From: Eledone cirrhosa
Taxonomy: Eukaryota
Direction of reading: 5' to 3'
DNA length: 64,000 bases
Assembly: GCA_964016885.1 (NCBI GenBank)
Contig: OZ024746.1
Span: 57,226,001-57,290,000 of the forward strand
The first letter of the stretch is position 1, and every line of letters begins with the position of its first letter. The position numbers and the translations under genes were made by a program. The notes beneath the pieces were generated by a model. The model did not search any database. It was not told where the DNA came from and saw only the letters and a list, made by a program, of their open reading frames with translations. Positions 1 through 15,600 of this stretch are shown here, in pieces.

Positions 1-781
1 AATATGTGTAAGGAAGTAGTGGAAGGGAGACACCAAGGAAAACATTGCTAAATTGACGGAGGGGGAACTGAAAGCATGGAGATAAAGAGTGGGTGCAATC
101 TGATAGTACAAAATGGAGAACTTTGTCATGAGGTCTACAAGTCTAATCCTTGCATTAACAGGGAAATAAACTGACATGGCTTGTCTTGTTGATATTCCTT
201 AACACCCGAAGCGATTAATTGAATATATGGGACTTATTTGATTGATCATTATTTGTTGAAACGCTGGTTTACGGTAATAAACAAAAATTAAACACACACA
301 ACACACACTCGCACATAAATATATAACATTATAACAGCCACATTATGAAGAGAGCTAATTGATGAAGTGGTAATAGCTGAATATGTCAACTAGTGCATTA
401 ACCAATGAGGTTGGGACGAGGATGGAGATGTGATGCATGAGAACAAAATTGATATAACGGCTAGTGTGAAGCAACGCCCTTCACAATCTTAAGAAGACAA
501 GTGTCGATGAATATATTGACCGGGTAATGTAGAATTGACAACTGAAATCATGCGGTCGGTATATCACCAAAATGGATCACTGATGTTTATACAGTTGAGA
601 GATATCTAATGAAATCTTATCTGCGTGGTTTACAATTACATAACAGATACCATGGAATACGTATACAAGTTATTATGCAAGAAACAAATTGCGATGAAAT
701 ATTAAATGATTGCCTTCTATTTCATCATATACTATTATTCAGACGTCGCAGGACACGAAAAAATATTTTTAAACACGCGCG

Positions 782-889
<108 letters not shown>

Positions 890-1479
890 CCTGTACTTTA
901 GAGTTTTGGGGATGGTCTCAAAGACAATAGCAACTTAACTTAACTACTGAATACACGAATGACAGACATAAATTGCCCCTGTCCATATTCACTAAACCCA
1001 AGACACTCCAATTCTTTTGGGGGGTGGGACGTGAAAGTACCACTATATTCGGTGACTAATCACGTTATAATCCTCAGCCTATCAAATTAGTCTTCAAACA
1101 GATACCCATTTGAACCATCATTTATATTAAAACTAAAAGAACCATGGCACGCTAACATTTTGGCACGAAATTACCAGAAAGTCCATGCCTAAGTACGTGA
1201 TTTTCCACAGCTACAAACCTATAGCAATTTGAGCCACGTTATAAGTTAGTATAAATAAATTTTAAAGACTGCGATTGCATCTTCAAGTTTGTTTTCCAAT
1301 ATTTATACATGTGTGGGATATATTAAAACTTACTATCGAACACACACACACACATATATAAATATATCGATTGATAGATAGATAGGTGGAGTCTACGGTG
1401 CTGGGACCGAGGAGTCCACTATATGAGTACGCGATACATGGGAAGATGTAGAGTGGTTCTAGGGATTTGACACATCTCT

Positions 1480-1585
<106 letters not shown>

Positions 1586-1601
1586 GTGTGTGTGTGTGTA
1601 A

Positions 1602-2072
<471 letters not shown>

Positions 2073-2295
2073 TATATAAATGATGGTTGCAGACTCTGCT
2101 AAGTGTATTGCGATCGCTTATAACAGATCCTGAACAAGCAATGCTTAAGAAGTTTCCCTCTCTTAGATAGTTGTGACAACTCGAGGCCTTTCATCCCAGG
2201 GGGAAAAGAAAAATAAGTACTCTTTGGATGGCCGTTGTCTCAGTTGAGTTCCTCCACCCTATGCCAGCTCTTGTATTTCATCCCGCAGGGTGTCC

Positions 2296-2370
<75 letters not shown>

Positions 2371-2376
2371 AATATA

Positions 2377-2450
<74 letters not shown>

Positions 2451-2458
2451 TATATATG

Positions 2459-2565
<107 letters not shown>

Positions 2566-3436
2566 ATATATATATATATACATACAAATATGCGTGTGTG
2601 TGTATGTGTGTGCGTGTGTATACTGCTTCATTTTTCTTTTTGTTATTTTCGGCTTTGGTTTGTTTTAGAAATGATTTATGTGTGGTTATACTACATCATG
2701 AATATGAAGGATGAAGCAACATTATGTGGCTGTAATGCGTATTTATGTCTCGTGCCGTGATGTTGTATCGCTATAATATTCAGAAGTAATGTTATTTATT
2801 ACCGGATCTCACTTCAGAAATTTACCTGTGCAGAAATTCTAATATCTTGACTCGATACTTTTATATTGGCTTAACAAGTTTTAAGATAACGTTTCCCGAA
2901 ATACAATGTTTAAATATTGTGGGTAGATAAGTACAAATAGACAATCTAACAGGGGAATCATATGTTGTGAAATGAAGGTTTTATATGTCCAAGTAAACGC
3001 TGAACAGGAACAAACAATACAGAATAATCCCAAGGAGGATCCCAAAACATGTAAATATATATCACCCATAATTCACTACTCGGCTATTTATATCACCTGA
3101 TTTAAATTATCCAATAGATAAAGTTACCCAAGGAAAGAGGAATCACCTTACATACATACATGATATAGTCTATAGTTTCTAGGTTAAGGAAACGGGTAAA
3201 AGGGCATTAATGTATCTATGAAAGAGTAACAGTTGTGGTAGTTATTGACTATTAAACATATATAAATAAATATAATAATTTATGTAGTAATAAACACAGT
3301 AAATCGTGTTACGAGGGTTGAAATATCCTCGTAATTTTAGACACACGATATACTGTTTTTATTTATACTTTGAGCTTGTTAATTACAGGGTATCAATAGA
3401 AGTTATTAACTCTGCCTTTTATTTGTAAATAAATAA

Positions 3437-3520
<84 letters not shown>

Positions 3521-3537
3521 GTATGTATGTATACATT

Positions 3538-3568
<31 letters not shown>

Positions 3569-3601
3569 GAATATATGTGTGGATCTGTGTGTGCGCGCGC
3601 G

Positions 3602-3663
<62 letters not shown>

Positions 3664-5365
3664 TGTTTGTGTAAAAATAGGTTCGTGATATCCAATATAC
3701 GGCTTCATACCACATCAAATATTTCGTTATAGTTTCCTATTTAAAAACAACCAAGATTCACTGCTGAATAATAGATATGCCCCCTAATACAGATATAGTA
3801 AATATCTCAATGCGTATATGTCTGGATATGTAAATCTTTGTGAGATTGTGTCAGTCTGTGTGCATGTGTGACTGGGTGAGTGTTTGGGTGGGATAACCAT
3901 TTCGCAGATAAACGCAAATAGTTCGTAATATTTCACGGATAAATTGACATACTAACTGGAGAATTGGTCAGACAGACAAATTATATTATTTTGTTTGGAA
4001 GCATTATTATCTATATATATACACGATGTGATAGCACATCTCACTAACATCAGAGAAATGAGATTACCAATATAATGTGGAATATAGCACAAACTCATAC
4101 ACACACATGCATATATATATATATATACACTCACACACACACACATACATATACTTACATATATATACACTCATACGCATATATTTATATATATATATAT
4201 AAAAATACATGCATACATACTTACATACATATACATGCACACATATATATGGAATAGAAAATAACTCCGTCGGTTTCACGATGGTGGTTTCAATTATTCG
4301 GAAGAGCCTACTCCTGAGTTTAATTCAACAGGCATATATATCCTTAAAGTGATTCTTATGGGGATTCAGTGGGACATTGTTCAACTAAACTGGGTCTCTG
4401 AATTATATACGCAGTTCATCTGCAGGACTTCGAAACAGTTCCTGTCTACAATATTTCATCCATAATGACTACGGTAAATGTCACTTCCCTAATGTTTGAG
4501 AAGTGGACTTATTTACTATTTAGCCATGCTGTATCGACATATACATATATTTATATTCACTAGGGAAAGTAAAGATGTAGCTGCTCATTCTCAAAACATT
4601 CTCCAGGTTAGCAGCTCTACCTTCAGGGCTCGGGTTCTAAAATATTGCAATCCTGTGGTTACGTAACCGGGATTTGACCTTGATCACTTTAGTTTTCTTT
4701 CTAGGGTTACAGATTAAACATTTCCGCTACACAGAATTTAAGAGAATGCATGGACGTGCTCATATAGTATATCTTTGCACGTGCCCAGATATAGATTCCT
4801 TACCGATGTCTATGGTCATATATATTAAATAATTTTAAGCTAGAGCACATTTGTTCCAGGCACTGAGATTCTTGCTGGATTGTGCAACAGAAAAAATAAA
4901 TCTTCATAATGGTATGTTGTGTGGGGGATACAACAAACAGAAGAGATAGAAGGATCATGATCTACCATTTAAAAAGGGTAAGCTCAATTAAAACTTACGA
5001 AACCATTTTGTTGGGTTTGAGAGTTGATGATGGTGAAGATAGTGTGGGATCTTATCTTGTACAACACCTTCATTTATTTCCTTCTTCCAGTCACTTCTAT
5101 ACGGCAACACACCACTGCTTGTTCTCCTCCTCTCTCAACCTATTCGATAATTAATCTGCCTGTCACAGACCTCGTGGGTTGTCTCCCTGCCGACCACAGG
5201 TCGCTGGTTTCAATCCCCAGAGACATATTTGCCTATCCCTGTCATTGACAGCATTTGGTTATTTTGGCGTTTTATCTAGCGTTGACTTTTTTTCACTTTT
5301 CTATGAATTCAAATGTACCATCGTTTCGTCTCGACCAGAGACGACAAAATTTATTCATGAATAAT

Positions 5366-5466
5366 AATTGTTTCTACTTTAGGCACAAGGCCAGCAATCA
5401 CCCAGTGCATTACTGGTACTTTATTTTATCGACCCCGTAAGGATGGAAGGCAAAGTCAACCTCGGC
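5366..5466 (-). mobile_element. SINE fragment (cephalopod-type SINE family)
   Basis: ttgtttctactttaggcacaaggccagcaat...actggtactttattttatcgaccccgtaaggatg.aaggcaaagtcaacctcgg recurs about 8 times in the window. Confidence 0.8.
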
Positions 5467-5488
5467 TCATACTTGAATAATAATAATA

Positions 5489-5541
<53 letters not shown>

Positions 5542-5736
5542 TAGAAATCTGGGACTTGTTTCCTTCTTCCTCTCTTTCTGCTGCTTAAACCATTTTGTTT
5601 GTTTACCCTAACTCCACTTTATTTACGTGTCCCAACGACTTTTTTTTAGCCGTTGCTCGCACCAACCTGTGGTATATGGCCTTTAATGCGACGAAATGCC
5701 TACGACGGTTGGATGGCCACTGATGAGGACAAACTT

Positions 5737-5815
<79 letters not shown>

Positions 5816-6630
5816 TATTTCATGGTTCCATCTATGTCACAATAACCACGCAAGTTTTGCCGCCAAATCTTAATAACTTTCAACATGCCCTTTACAATAT
5901 GAAATAACTGCACCTTAATTTCGTATGTAATACATTTGACAAAAAGTCTCAGTGCTCACTGTCGAAAACGACGGAGAATTTAACGATGTATTGTCGGTAG
6001 GCTGTCTGAAAATATGTTTCGATGTAGCTTCGTAAAATGTAGATATTATTTTATTATTTATCTTGCAACTGTAAAAGCCAATAGAAATTTTCGGTGTTGA
6101 TTATTAGCTATTCAGGTGCAACACATTTTTCTATATTGGTTAATTCGAAAAAATGTCAGGGTTTTAGAAATTAAAGTTTTGCATCCTAGAATTTATATTT
6201 ATCCATAGAATTTATTTTTGTGTTGTGTGCTCTCTATTTATTACACAATCCCATTTAATCTATACTCAGGCCCCAGCAAATAAAAATTTAACGGCAAAAT
6301 GATTAATGAATGAATTTGAAAATCATTTTTACGTAAAAATTGCAGAAAATGCCGCCAGACATCAACTCAAGTAAATATTTGTGAACGTACACAGATGCAA
6401 AACCTCCACTGTCATAAAAGCATATAACTACACACACACATAAAAACATATATACGTACATGAAACTGTTCTTTTCTCTCAGAGAATTTACTTTAATAGT
6501 GGTGATGTTGAAAATAGCATGTTCTTCCTGATATATTATCTAACAATATTTCAACATAAGTTTAGGTAAAATGATCTCTCACATATTCTCACACTCGTTC
6601 TCTCTCTGTCTCTCTCTCTCACACACTCCC

Positions 6631-6757
<127 letters not shown>

Positions 6758-6873
6758 TACATATATATAGTGAGAGAGAGAGAGAAGTGACACTCCTTAT
6801 CGCATATTTCTATCGTCATCTACGATACTGTAACTTGCTATTATACATATATATATATTTATATATATATATA

Positions 6874-7120
6874 TAAATGTAATCTGAGGTTTTCGAATAT
6901 TAATAATAACAATCGTTTCGTTTGCAATTATGCAAACAAGCCTCAATTTTATAGCCATGTCAGTAGAATGAACACTTCATTCTCGCTCTTCGCATCCCAA
7001 CACAAGAACAAGAATGAAGTGTTCATTCTACTGGCATGGCTATAAAATTGAGGCTTGTTTGCATAATTGCAAACGAACCGAATGTTATTATTAATATTCG
7101 AAAAACTCAGATTACATTTA
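6874..7120. repeat. Long inverted repeat, 110-bp arms (6874-6983 and 7011-7120), 27-bp spacer, abutting (TA)n
   Basis: taaatgtaatctgag...gaacacttcattct is the reverse complement of agaatgaagtgttc...ctcagattacattta, with few mismatches. Confidence 0.9.
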
Positions 7121-7245
7121 TTGTATTTAGCCCATCTATGTATATATCCTATATTACTTAATCCAGGTCATGGTCTGCCTCCATGCTGGAGCACCACGAT
7201 TTTACCTTATGCTAAAATATACCCTCACACATTCACACACACACA

Positions 7246-7320
<75 letters not shown>

Positions 7321-7850
7321 GTATATATACACAAATATATATGTGTGCGCGTTTGTGAACATATACATATATATATATATAATAATGTGGATAGTTGGAT
7401 AGATTGCTCGTCATGTGTTTGTGTACTCACACAAAGCAATATTCACATATGAACTATACATCTGTGCTTACACGTTGAAAATCTATGGAAAGCAATCAAA
7501 CGAAAAACAGCTTCGTTATTTCGACATCAAAGCTGAGATTCGTATGATATGAGGCCTTTCTCCTATCTTCTAGGAATATGCAAAAGACACTGAACTCAGC
7601 GGAATTTAAATAATTAGGAAACGCATCTATAATCTTCAGCTTAATCATATTTCGTATATCCCATTTCAGTGTATACTTATTTTCTATGCACATTCTGTTC
7701 TTTTTCGCGTGCTTTACCATTTTCTGGAGTTATTTGTGTTGTTATTTTATATGTAAATTATTCTAGGTACAATTAGAATATCTGAAAGTTTTAGTGAAAA
7801 TATGCATATAAGCTGGAGAATGACACATAGACAGAGATTGAGCGGCGGGG

Positions 7851-7996
<146 letters not shown>

Positions 7997-8054
7997 GTAT
8001 ATATTTATGTATGTATGTATATATGTATATATATATATATACATGTATATACAC

Positions 8055-8170
<116 letters not shown>

Positions 8171-8220
8171 GTATATATTTATGTATGTATATATGTATAT
8201 ATATATACATGTATATATAC

Positions 8221-8251
<31 letters not shown>

Positions 8252-8875
8252 AATAAGGAAAGATGAGTGACACGGTTTGCTATACAAACAAGGTTTTCAA
8301 TCTCATTGCTGAAAATTGCTTCTCTGAACTGGTAGATCTAGAGATCGCTCCCGCTTATTTTCACGTTATTCGATCACTAATTCAATGTTATAACCAGTCA
8401 ATTCATCGGAGCTTGCGAGAATGAAAAGAATATACAGGCATGGCTACTATATATAGTAGTAATGGCATTCAATCAGAACAATAACAACAATACTAACAAT
8501 GCTAGCAATAAATTATTTGAAATAATCACAACATCAATCTTGGTGGGAAGTATATTATATCTACGATTTCAGCGTGTAAATCTATCTGACATGAGGCAGA
8601 TGTACAAAATTGATATGTCAAAGCTGTCATGGGTCTATTATATCTGGTTTAAAATTAAGCCGGTGGCCTTAAACAATGTAGGTCTTGTGGCCGTAAGAAT
8701 CATTTATTATCTGACAGATGAAGAATTTATCACTGTAGTCAGGATAGTAATATGTGTGTGGTCTATATTAGATGAAAGGTTTGTCTAGCTTTCTCATCAT
8801 CAATAACATACATGCATAAGACAACATTAACAGAGTAGCAATATAATGGGCAAGTTAATATAGAGGTTAAGGAGG

Positions 8876-8914
<39 letters not shown>

Positions 8915-9259
8915 CATACACACAAACATATATATATATATATATACATACACATATATACATACATATAAAGAGAAAACATGCTGAATATAATTATAAC
9001 AGGAGGGAGTTAAAGTTCTGTTGTAGTAGTAGTATTTTGAAATGTTCTTAGATTTAGGTTCATGTGCTGACAGCAGCTGGGAAGAGATATATTTATGGGT
9101 TGATGAGGCACTAACAGACATTAGTGTGGTATAGGACTAAGAAGGCTAGAATGTACTTAATGATTATATTTCTGTGGTGGTTCGCGCAGTGTAGTGGGTA
9201 TCCTAAGTTGAAAGCTAAGTTACGTCGGTTCGATTCATGAAGGTTTAAATCTTGTGAAT

Positions 9260-9881
9260 TTAGTGGCGATCCTGTGTATGCAGAAGATTGATCTTTCTAA
9301 CTTGTTGTTAAGTAGCATTTTTACATTTCTAAGTATATACAGTAATTCTAGATCACATAGCCTACAGTGGGACATACCGGTACTGTAGGTATTTGCGGCC
9401 GACAACCACGACTAGTTGATACTGTAGTTGGTGTTATTGTCCTTAAGTTCCCAGATTTTTCGGCGAAGGTTGTAGAACCCATAAGTGCACGAATTTTCAT
9501 CGAGTGTCTGTGCACATACAATCTTTTTTTAAAAGTACCTGCGGTGGATCCAATGTAATGCCAAGTGGAGTTGTCTGAGTTGACGGTACACATGTACACT
9601 AGACTCGAATCGAGGCATCTATTCGCCAATGGGCAGCTATCCGGTATGTGACAGTTACAGTTTGAAGTGTAGCGGGTAGCGATCTCTAGACCTACCATTT
9701 CAGCAATGAGATTAAACATATTTTTTCTATAGCAAACCGTGTCACTCTTCTTTCTTGATTTATCATTACTCCAAGTGTTTACAACATAGGAATGAGAGCG
9801 TACTCGCAGCATCACTATGGAAACGACTTGTTGAGTCAAACTTAGCCAAGCGTCGATATCATCCACTACTAGGAGTACCAT
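9260..9881 (-). pseudogene. Penelope-like GIY-YIG endonuclease, frameshifted near the C-terminus; no RT visible
   Basis: ORF 9348..9881 contains CNCHIPDSCPLANRCLDSSLVYMCTV...WHYIGSTAGTFKKRLYVH, i.e. a Cys cluster plus LVY...YIG...R...H GIY-YIG core. A CRLCDLE-like motif follows in another frame. Confidence 0.8.
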
Positions 9882-9930
9882 AACTGGACTACACTTAAGT
9901 GGACTAGCTATAACAATAATTTATTACCCC

Positions 9931-9990
<60 letters not shown>

Positions 9991-10794
9991 CTTTTCCCTC
10001 TATATTCATTTCGTCACTAAATCCTTCAGATTTCCTCCTACCTTGAAAACTCCAGAATATTGTTGAAAGAGATGTGGTATCAAACATTAATACACAGTTT
10101 ACTTAAGTACTGATAGAGACTCCTGTTTAGCAAATCAACCGAAAAGAACGTGGAACTAGTCGTGTTAACTAGTCGACCTTCTAATATATTGGAGAAAAAA
10201 AAAACGGAACAAATGTTGACGTTTCAATAATGTGGTCCCTGCTCGGAAATGTTAAATAAATATAGTTTCCCACTTACGTCTATATATGTGGTTTTGCAGA
10301 CAAATAATAAAGAAAGCATTATTTGCTATTTGTTTATAGAAAACTTGCCTCTTATTAAATAATAACGTCAATATCATAGACAACTGAGCTTATGCAACAG
10401 CTTTGAGGATATGTTAGAATATACATTGACATTTCTTATATTCTTCATTTTTGCGAGGTTTTTCTTGAAATAAAAAAGAAATACATTATGAATTAACTTT
10501 TATGTAGATTTGTAAAGGTTGTTTGACGAATACTTATGTTGCTTCGAAATCTAGATGATCTGAATAAGATGTGGACATACACGTAAGGTTAATATGTTTG
10601 CTTTGGAACTCAGTTGTTTTCTGTTCCTTTTCAATATGTGGCAACATAGCAGGAGTCTCTTAATATACACTCAAGTTGAAAATTATTCTAGGAGTGAAAA
10701 TAAGCAAACGCCAATTGGGGATAAGTCTTAAATGTATACATGCACACTCACATTCACTCACATTCACTCACACACACACACACGCATACACACA

Positions 10795-10985
<191 letters not shown>

Positions 10986-11087
10986 ATGTATATATATGAG
11001 TTTCAGAAGATCTCATGAATAGTTAAAGCATCGATCATTTGCTTAAACTTTAATCTGTACTTGTAATAAATATTTGCACTACGGATT

Positions 11088-11125
<38 letters not shown>

Positions 11126-11129
11126 TATA

Positions 11130-11348
11130 TATAAGTTTAGGAATAAACAAAGAGTGCTTAGAAACACATTGTTTTATTAGATAACAGTGTTTCATCCATA
11201 CCCTGTGGCAGGATCCATCAGAGCCTATTGAAAATATTATATCTTGTTAATAGGCTCTGATGATTCCTTCCATAGAGTATGAATGAAACACTGTTAGCTA
11301 ATAAAACAATGTATATCTAAGCACTCTTTGGTTATTCCTAAACTTATA
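11130..11348. mobile_element. Fold-back element with 100-bp arms (11130-11229 and 11249-11348), each carrying a hammerhead motif followed by AATAAA
   Basis: The arms are reverse complements. The + arm reads aggct CTGATGA ...gaat GAAACACTGTT agct AATAAA. Confidence 0.8.
11251..11300 (+). ncRNA. Minimal type I hammerhead ribozyme motif
   Basis: CTGATGA 11257-11263, GAAA 11285-11288, stem III AC-ACT-GT, predicted cleavage after GUU at 11295, stem I GGCT/AGCT. Confidence 0.6.
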
Positions 11349-11485
11349 ACAGCTCTGTAGTATACTAGTTACCTACATGGAGCTAAAACCGCACTACCAT
11401 ACAAAGGGCAATATATCTGCGTGTCTGTGCACATTGATATACTTGTCAACGAAACTATATATATATATGTATATATTATATATAG

Positions 11486-11536
<51 letters not shown>

Positions 11537-11567
11537 TGTATGAGTGTGTTCGTGTGTGTGTGTGTGT

Positions 11568-11641
<74 letters not shown>

Positions 11642-11739
11642 GTGTGTGTGTGTGTGCCCTCTTCGGATTTTAGACTTCACATTTATAATTACTAACTGGG
11701 TAGCACTGTTAATCGATATAACAATCTTGATAATGAAAT

Positions 11740-12500
11740 TCCACTCAGGATTAGAAAAGCAAGTGATGCTTTCACAAAGCTAGAAAGGTGATTTTGGAAT
11801 CGGCGAGACATATGCAAGAAGACCACCGTAAAGGTGTACAAGGCATGTGTGCTCCTTCTCTTCTATATGCCTTCGAGAACTGGGTCGCATACCGACATCA
11901 CCTTAAACCGTTGGAACGTCTCCATCAGATGTGTCTCAGACGGATCCATAGCGTTGACTGGAGAGACCATTGATGTGGAGATTTTGGAAAACTCTCCGTG
12001 TGAAATCATAGCAGTTCTTGTGCTTAATCAAAAACTCCGATGGAGGGGTCAGCTTGTCAGGATGGAGGATTTTAGGATAACAAGACAACCCTTTTATGGA
12101 GAGTTAGACGAAGGAAGACGACCTCCACATGACCCCAAAAAGAGGTTAAGGATTCGCTGGAAGCCTACTTGAAAGCCGCTAACATCTCTGCTGATGCATG
12201 GAAAAGCGTAGCTGCTGAGCGTAGTAAAAGGAGAACGTAGTAAAAGGAGAAAGATTGTACATGAGGGAAAGCGGCTTTTGAATCATCTCAAATCGGATAC
12301 GAGAAAGTAAAAAGGGATGTGAGGAAAGTCATTGCTTTTACAATTCCCGACAGCAAAGTTCCCCTTATAGCGCTGATATGCTGCGTCTTTGCAAGACTGT
12401 GCCTCAGCAAATCTGGATTCATATGTCATTTTCGCAGTCATAAGGTGAGAACAGTGGTTGACTACCGGGCTGATGTCAGAGATGCTACTCATCATACCTG
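11740..12500 (+). mobile_element. RTE-clade LINE, decayed 3' portion
   Basis: Across frames: KVYKACVL / YAFENWVAYRHHLKPLERLHQMCLRRI / KLRWRGQLVRMEDFRITRQPFYGELDEGRRP, the typical RTE post-RT region, then a C-terminal Cys/His remnant. Confidence 0.85.
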
Positions 12501-12699
12501 CCAAGTATGTTGAAAATGTGTAGTTCAGCAGGAAGGCTCAATTGACATGCACAAGTACATGATGACCAAACACAGCCGGCTATTGCCAGTGGATGTTTTT
12601 ATCCAGGTTGCCAACTCCGTGCAAGACATTTTAGATCATTGGCTGGGCTAAAAAGCCACATTCGATCGCAGCACCGTTAATTATTAATATATATATATA

Positions 12700-15600
12700 T
12701 TGGAATAAATGCTCTGAAATAGCGATATATATGTGAATATAGACATAGAATATTCGAAAATATTCTGTATGTTTATAATAAACATTTTGAAGACCTAATC
12801 GCTATAGAATAGAATACGTCACGTATTACAATTAGATTCTCGATAAAAGCAAGGGAAGTAAATCTACGCGTTTCATTCTCGTTAGAAATCGTCAGGACTA
12901 CATATCCAGTGCTTTCATCGAGAATGACACAGCTAGAGACTTATAGAATACTTAGCTGTGTACAGGAACTGGTTTGAAAGAGCGGTTGCCGGTCCGGCAG
13001 AAATTAGAAATTGGAATAAATGCTCTGAAATAGCGATATATATGTGAATATAGACATAGAATATTCGAAAATATTCTGTATGTTTATAATAAACATTTTG
13101 AAGACCTAATCGCTATAGAATAGAATACGTCACGTATTACAATTAGATTCTCGATAAAAGCAAGGGAAGTAAATCTACGCGTTTCATTCTCGTTAGAAAT
13201 CGTCAGGACTACATATCCAGTGCTTTCATCGAGAATGACACAGCTAGAGACTTATAGAATACTTAGCTGTGTACAGGAACTGGTTTGAAAGAGCGGTTGC
13301 CGGTCCGGCAGAAATTAGAAATTGGAATAAATGCTCTGAAATAGCGATATATATGTGAATATAGACATAGAATATTCGAAAATATTCTGTATGTTTATAA
13401 TAAACATTTTGAAGACCTAATCGCTATAGAATAGAATACGTCACGTATTACAATTAGATTCTCGATAAAAGCAAGGGAAGTAAATCTACGCGTTTCATTC
13501 TCGTTAGAAATCGTCAGGACTACATATCCAGTGCTTTCATCGAGAATGACACAGCTAGAGACTTATAGAATACTTAGCTGTGTACAGGAACTGGTTTGAA
13601 AGAGCGGTTGCCGGTCCGGCAGAAATTAGAAATTGGAATAAATGCTCTGAAATAGCGATATATATGTGAATATAGACATAGAATATTCGAAAATATTCTG
13701 TATGTTTATAATAAACATTTTGAAGACCTAATCGCTATAGAATAGAATACGTCACGTATTACAATTAGATTCTCGATAAAAGCAAGGGAAGTAAATCTAC
13801 GCGTTTCATTCTCGTTAGAAATCGTCAGGACTACATATCCAGTGCTTTCATCGAGAATGACACAGCTAGAGACTTATAGAATACTTAGCTGTGTACAGGA
13901 ACTGGTTTGAAAGAGCGGTTGCCGGTCCGGCAGAAATTAGAAATTGGAATAAATGCTCTGAAATAGCGATATATATGTGAATATAGACATAGAATATTCG
14001 AAAATATTCTGTATGTTTATAATAAACATTTTGAAGACCTAATCGCTATAGAATAGAATACGTCACGTATTACAATTAGATTCTCGATAAAAGCAAGGGA
14101 AGTAAATCTACGCGTTTCATTCTCGTTAGAAATCGTCAGGACTACATATCCAGTGCTTTCATCGAGAATGACACAGCTAGAGACTTATAGAATACTTAGC
14201 TGTGTACAGGAACTGGGTTTGAAAGAGCGGTTGCCGGTCCGGCAGAAATTAGAAATTGGAATAAATGCTCTGAAATAGCGATATATATGTGAATATAGAC
14301 ATAGAATATTCGAAAATATTCTGTATGTTTATAATAAACATTTTGAAGACCTAATCGCTATAGAATAGAATACGTCACGTATTACAATTAGATTCTCGAT
14401 AAAAGCAAGGGAAGTAAATCTACGCGTTTCATTCTCGTTAGAAATCGTCAGGACTACATATCCAGTGCTTTCATCGAGAATGACACAGCTAGAGACTTAT
14501 AGAATACTTAGCTGTGTACAGGAACTGGTTTGAAAGAGCGGTTGCCGGTCCGGCAGAAATTAGAAATTGGAATAAATGCTCTGAAATAGCGATATATATG
14601 TGAATATAGACATAGAATATTCGAAAATATTCTGTATGTTTATAATAAACATTTTGAAGACCTAATCGCTATAGAATAGAATACGTCACGTATTACAATT
14701 AGATTCTCGATAAAAGCAAGGGAAGTAAATCTACGCGTTTCATTCTCGTTAGAAATCGTCAGGACTACATATCCAGTGCTTTCATCGAGAATGACACAGC
14801 TAGAGACTTATAGAATACTTAGCTGTGTACAGGAACTGGTTTGAAAGAGCGGTTGCCGGTCCGGCAGAAATTAGAAATTGGAATAAATGCTCTGAAATAG
14901 CGATATATATGTGAATATAGACATAGAATATTCGAAAATATTCTGTATGTTTATAATAAACATTTTGAAGACCTAATCGCTATAGAATAGAATACGTCAC
15001 GTATTACAATTAGATTCTCGATAAAAGCAAGGGAAGTAAATCTACGCGTTTCATTCTCGTTAGAAATCGTCAGGACTACATATCCAGTGCTTTCATCGAG
15101 AATGACACAGCTAGAGACTTATAGAATACTTAGCTGTGTACAGGAACTGGTTTGAAAGAGCGGTTGCCGGTCCGGCAGAAATTAGAAATTGGAATAAATG
15201 CTCTGAAATAGCGATATATATGTGAATATAGACATAGAATATTCGAAAATATTCTGTATGTTTATAATAAACATTTTGAAGACCTAATCGCTATAGAATA
15301 GAATACGTCACGTATTACAATTAGATTCTCGATAAAAGCAAGGGAAGTAAATCTACGCGTTTCATTCTCGTTAGAAATCGTCAGGACTACATATCCAGTG
15401 CTTTCATCGAGAATGACACAGCTAGAGACTTATAGAATACTTAGCTGTGTACAGGAACTGGTTTGAAAGAGCGGTTGCCGGTCCGGCAGAAATTAGAAAT
15501 TGGAATAAATGCTCTGAAATAGCGATATATATGTGAATATAGACATAGAATATTCGAAAATATTCTGTATGTTTATAATAAACATTTTGAAGACCTAATC

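Noticed and set aside
1-180. RTE-like 3' end (GRETPRKT resembling GRGRPRKTW)
   Set aside because: A single weak motif at the window edge is insufficient.
4560-5360. Possible very old PLE remnant (IYI-like motif on the minus strand)
   Set aside because: Too degenerate to support by eye.
5715-5740. CTGATGAG hammerhead half-site
   Set aside because: No stem II or GAAA-stem III follows before the TA tract.
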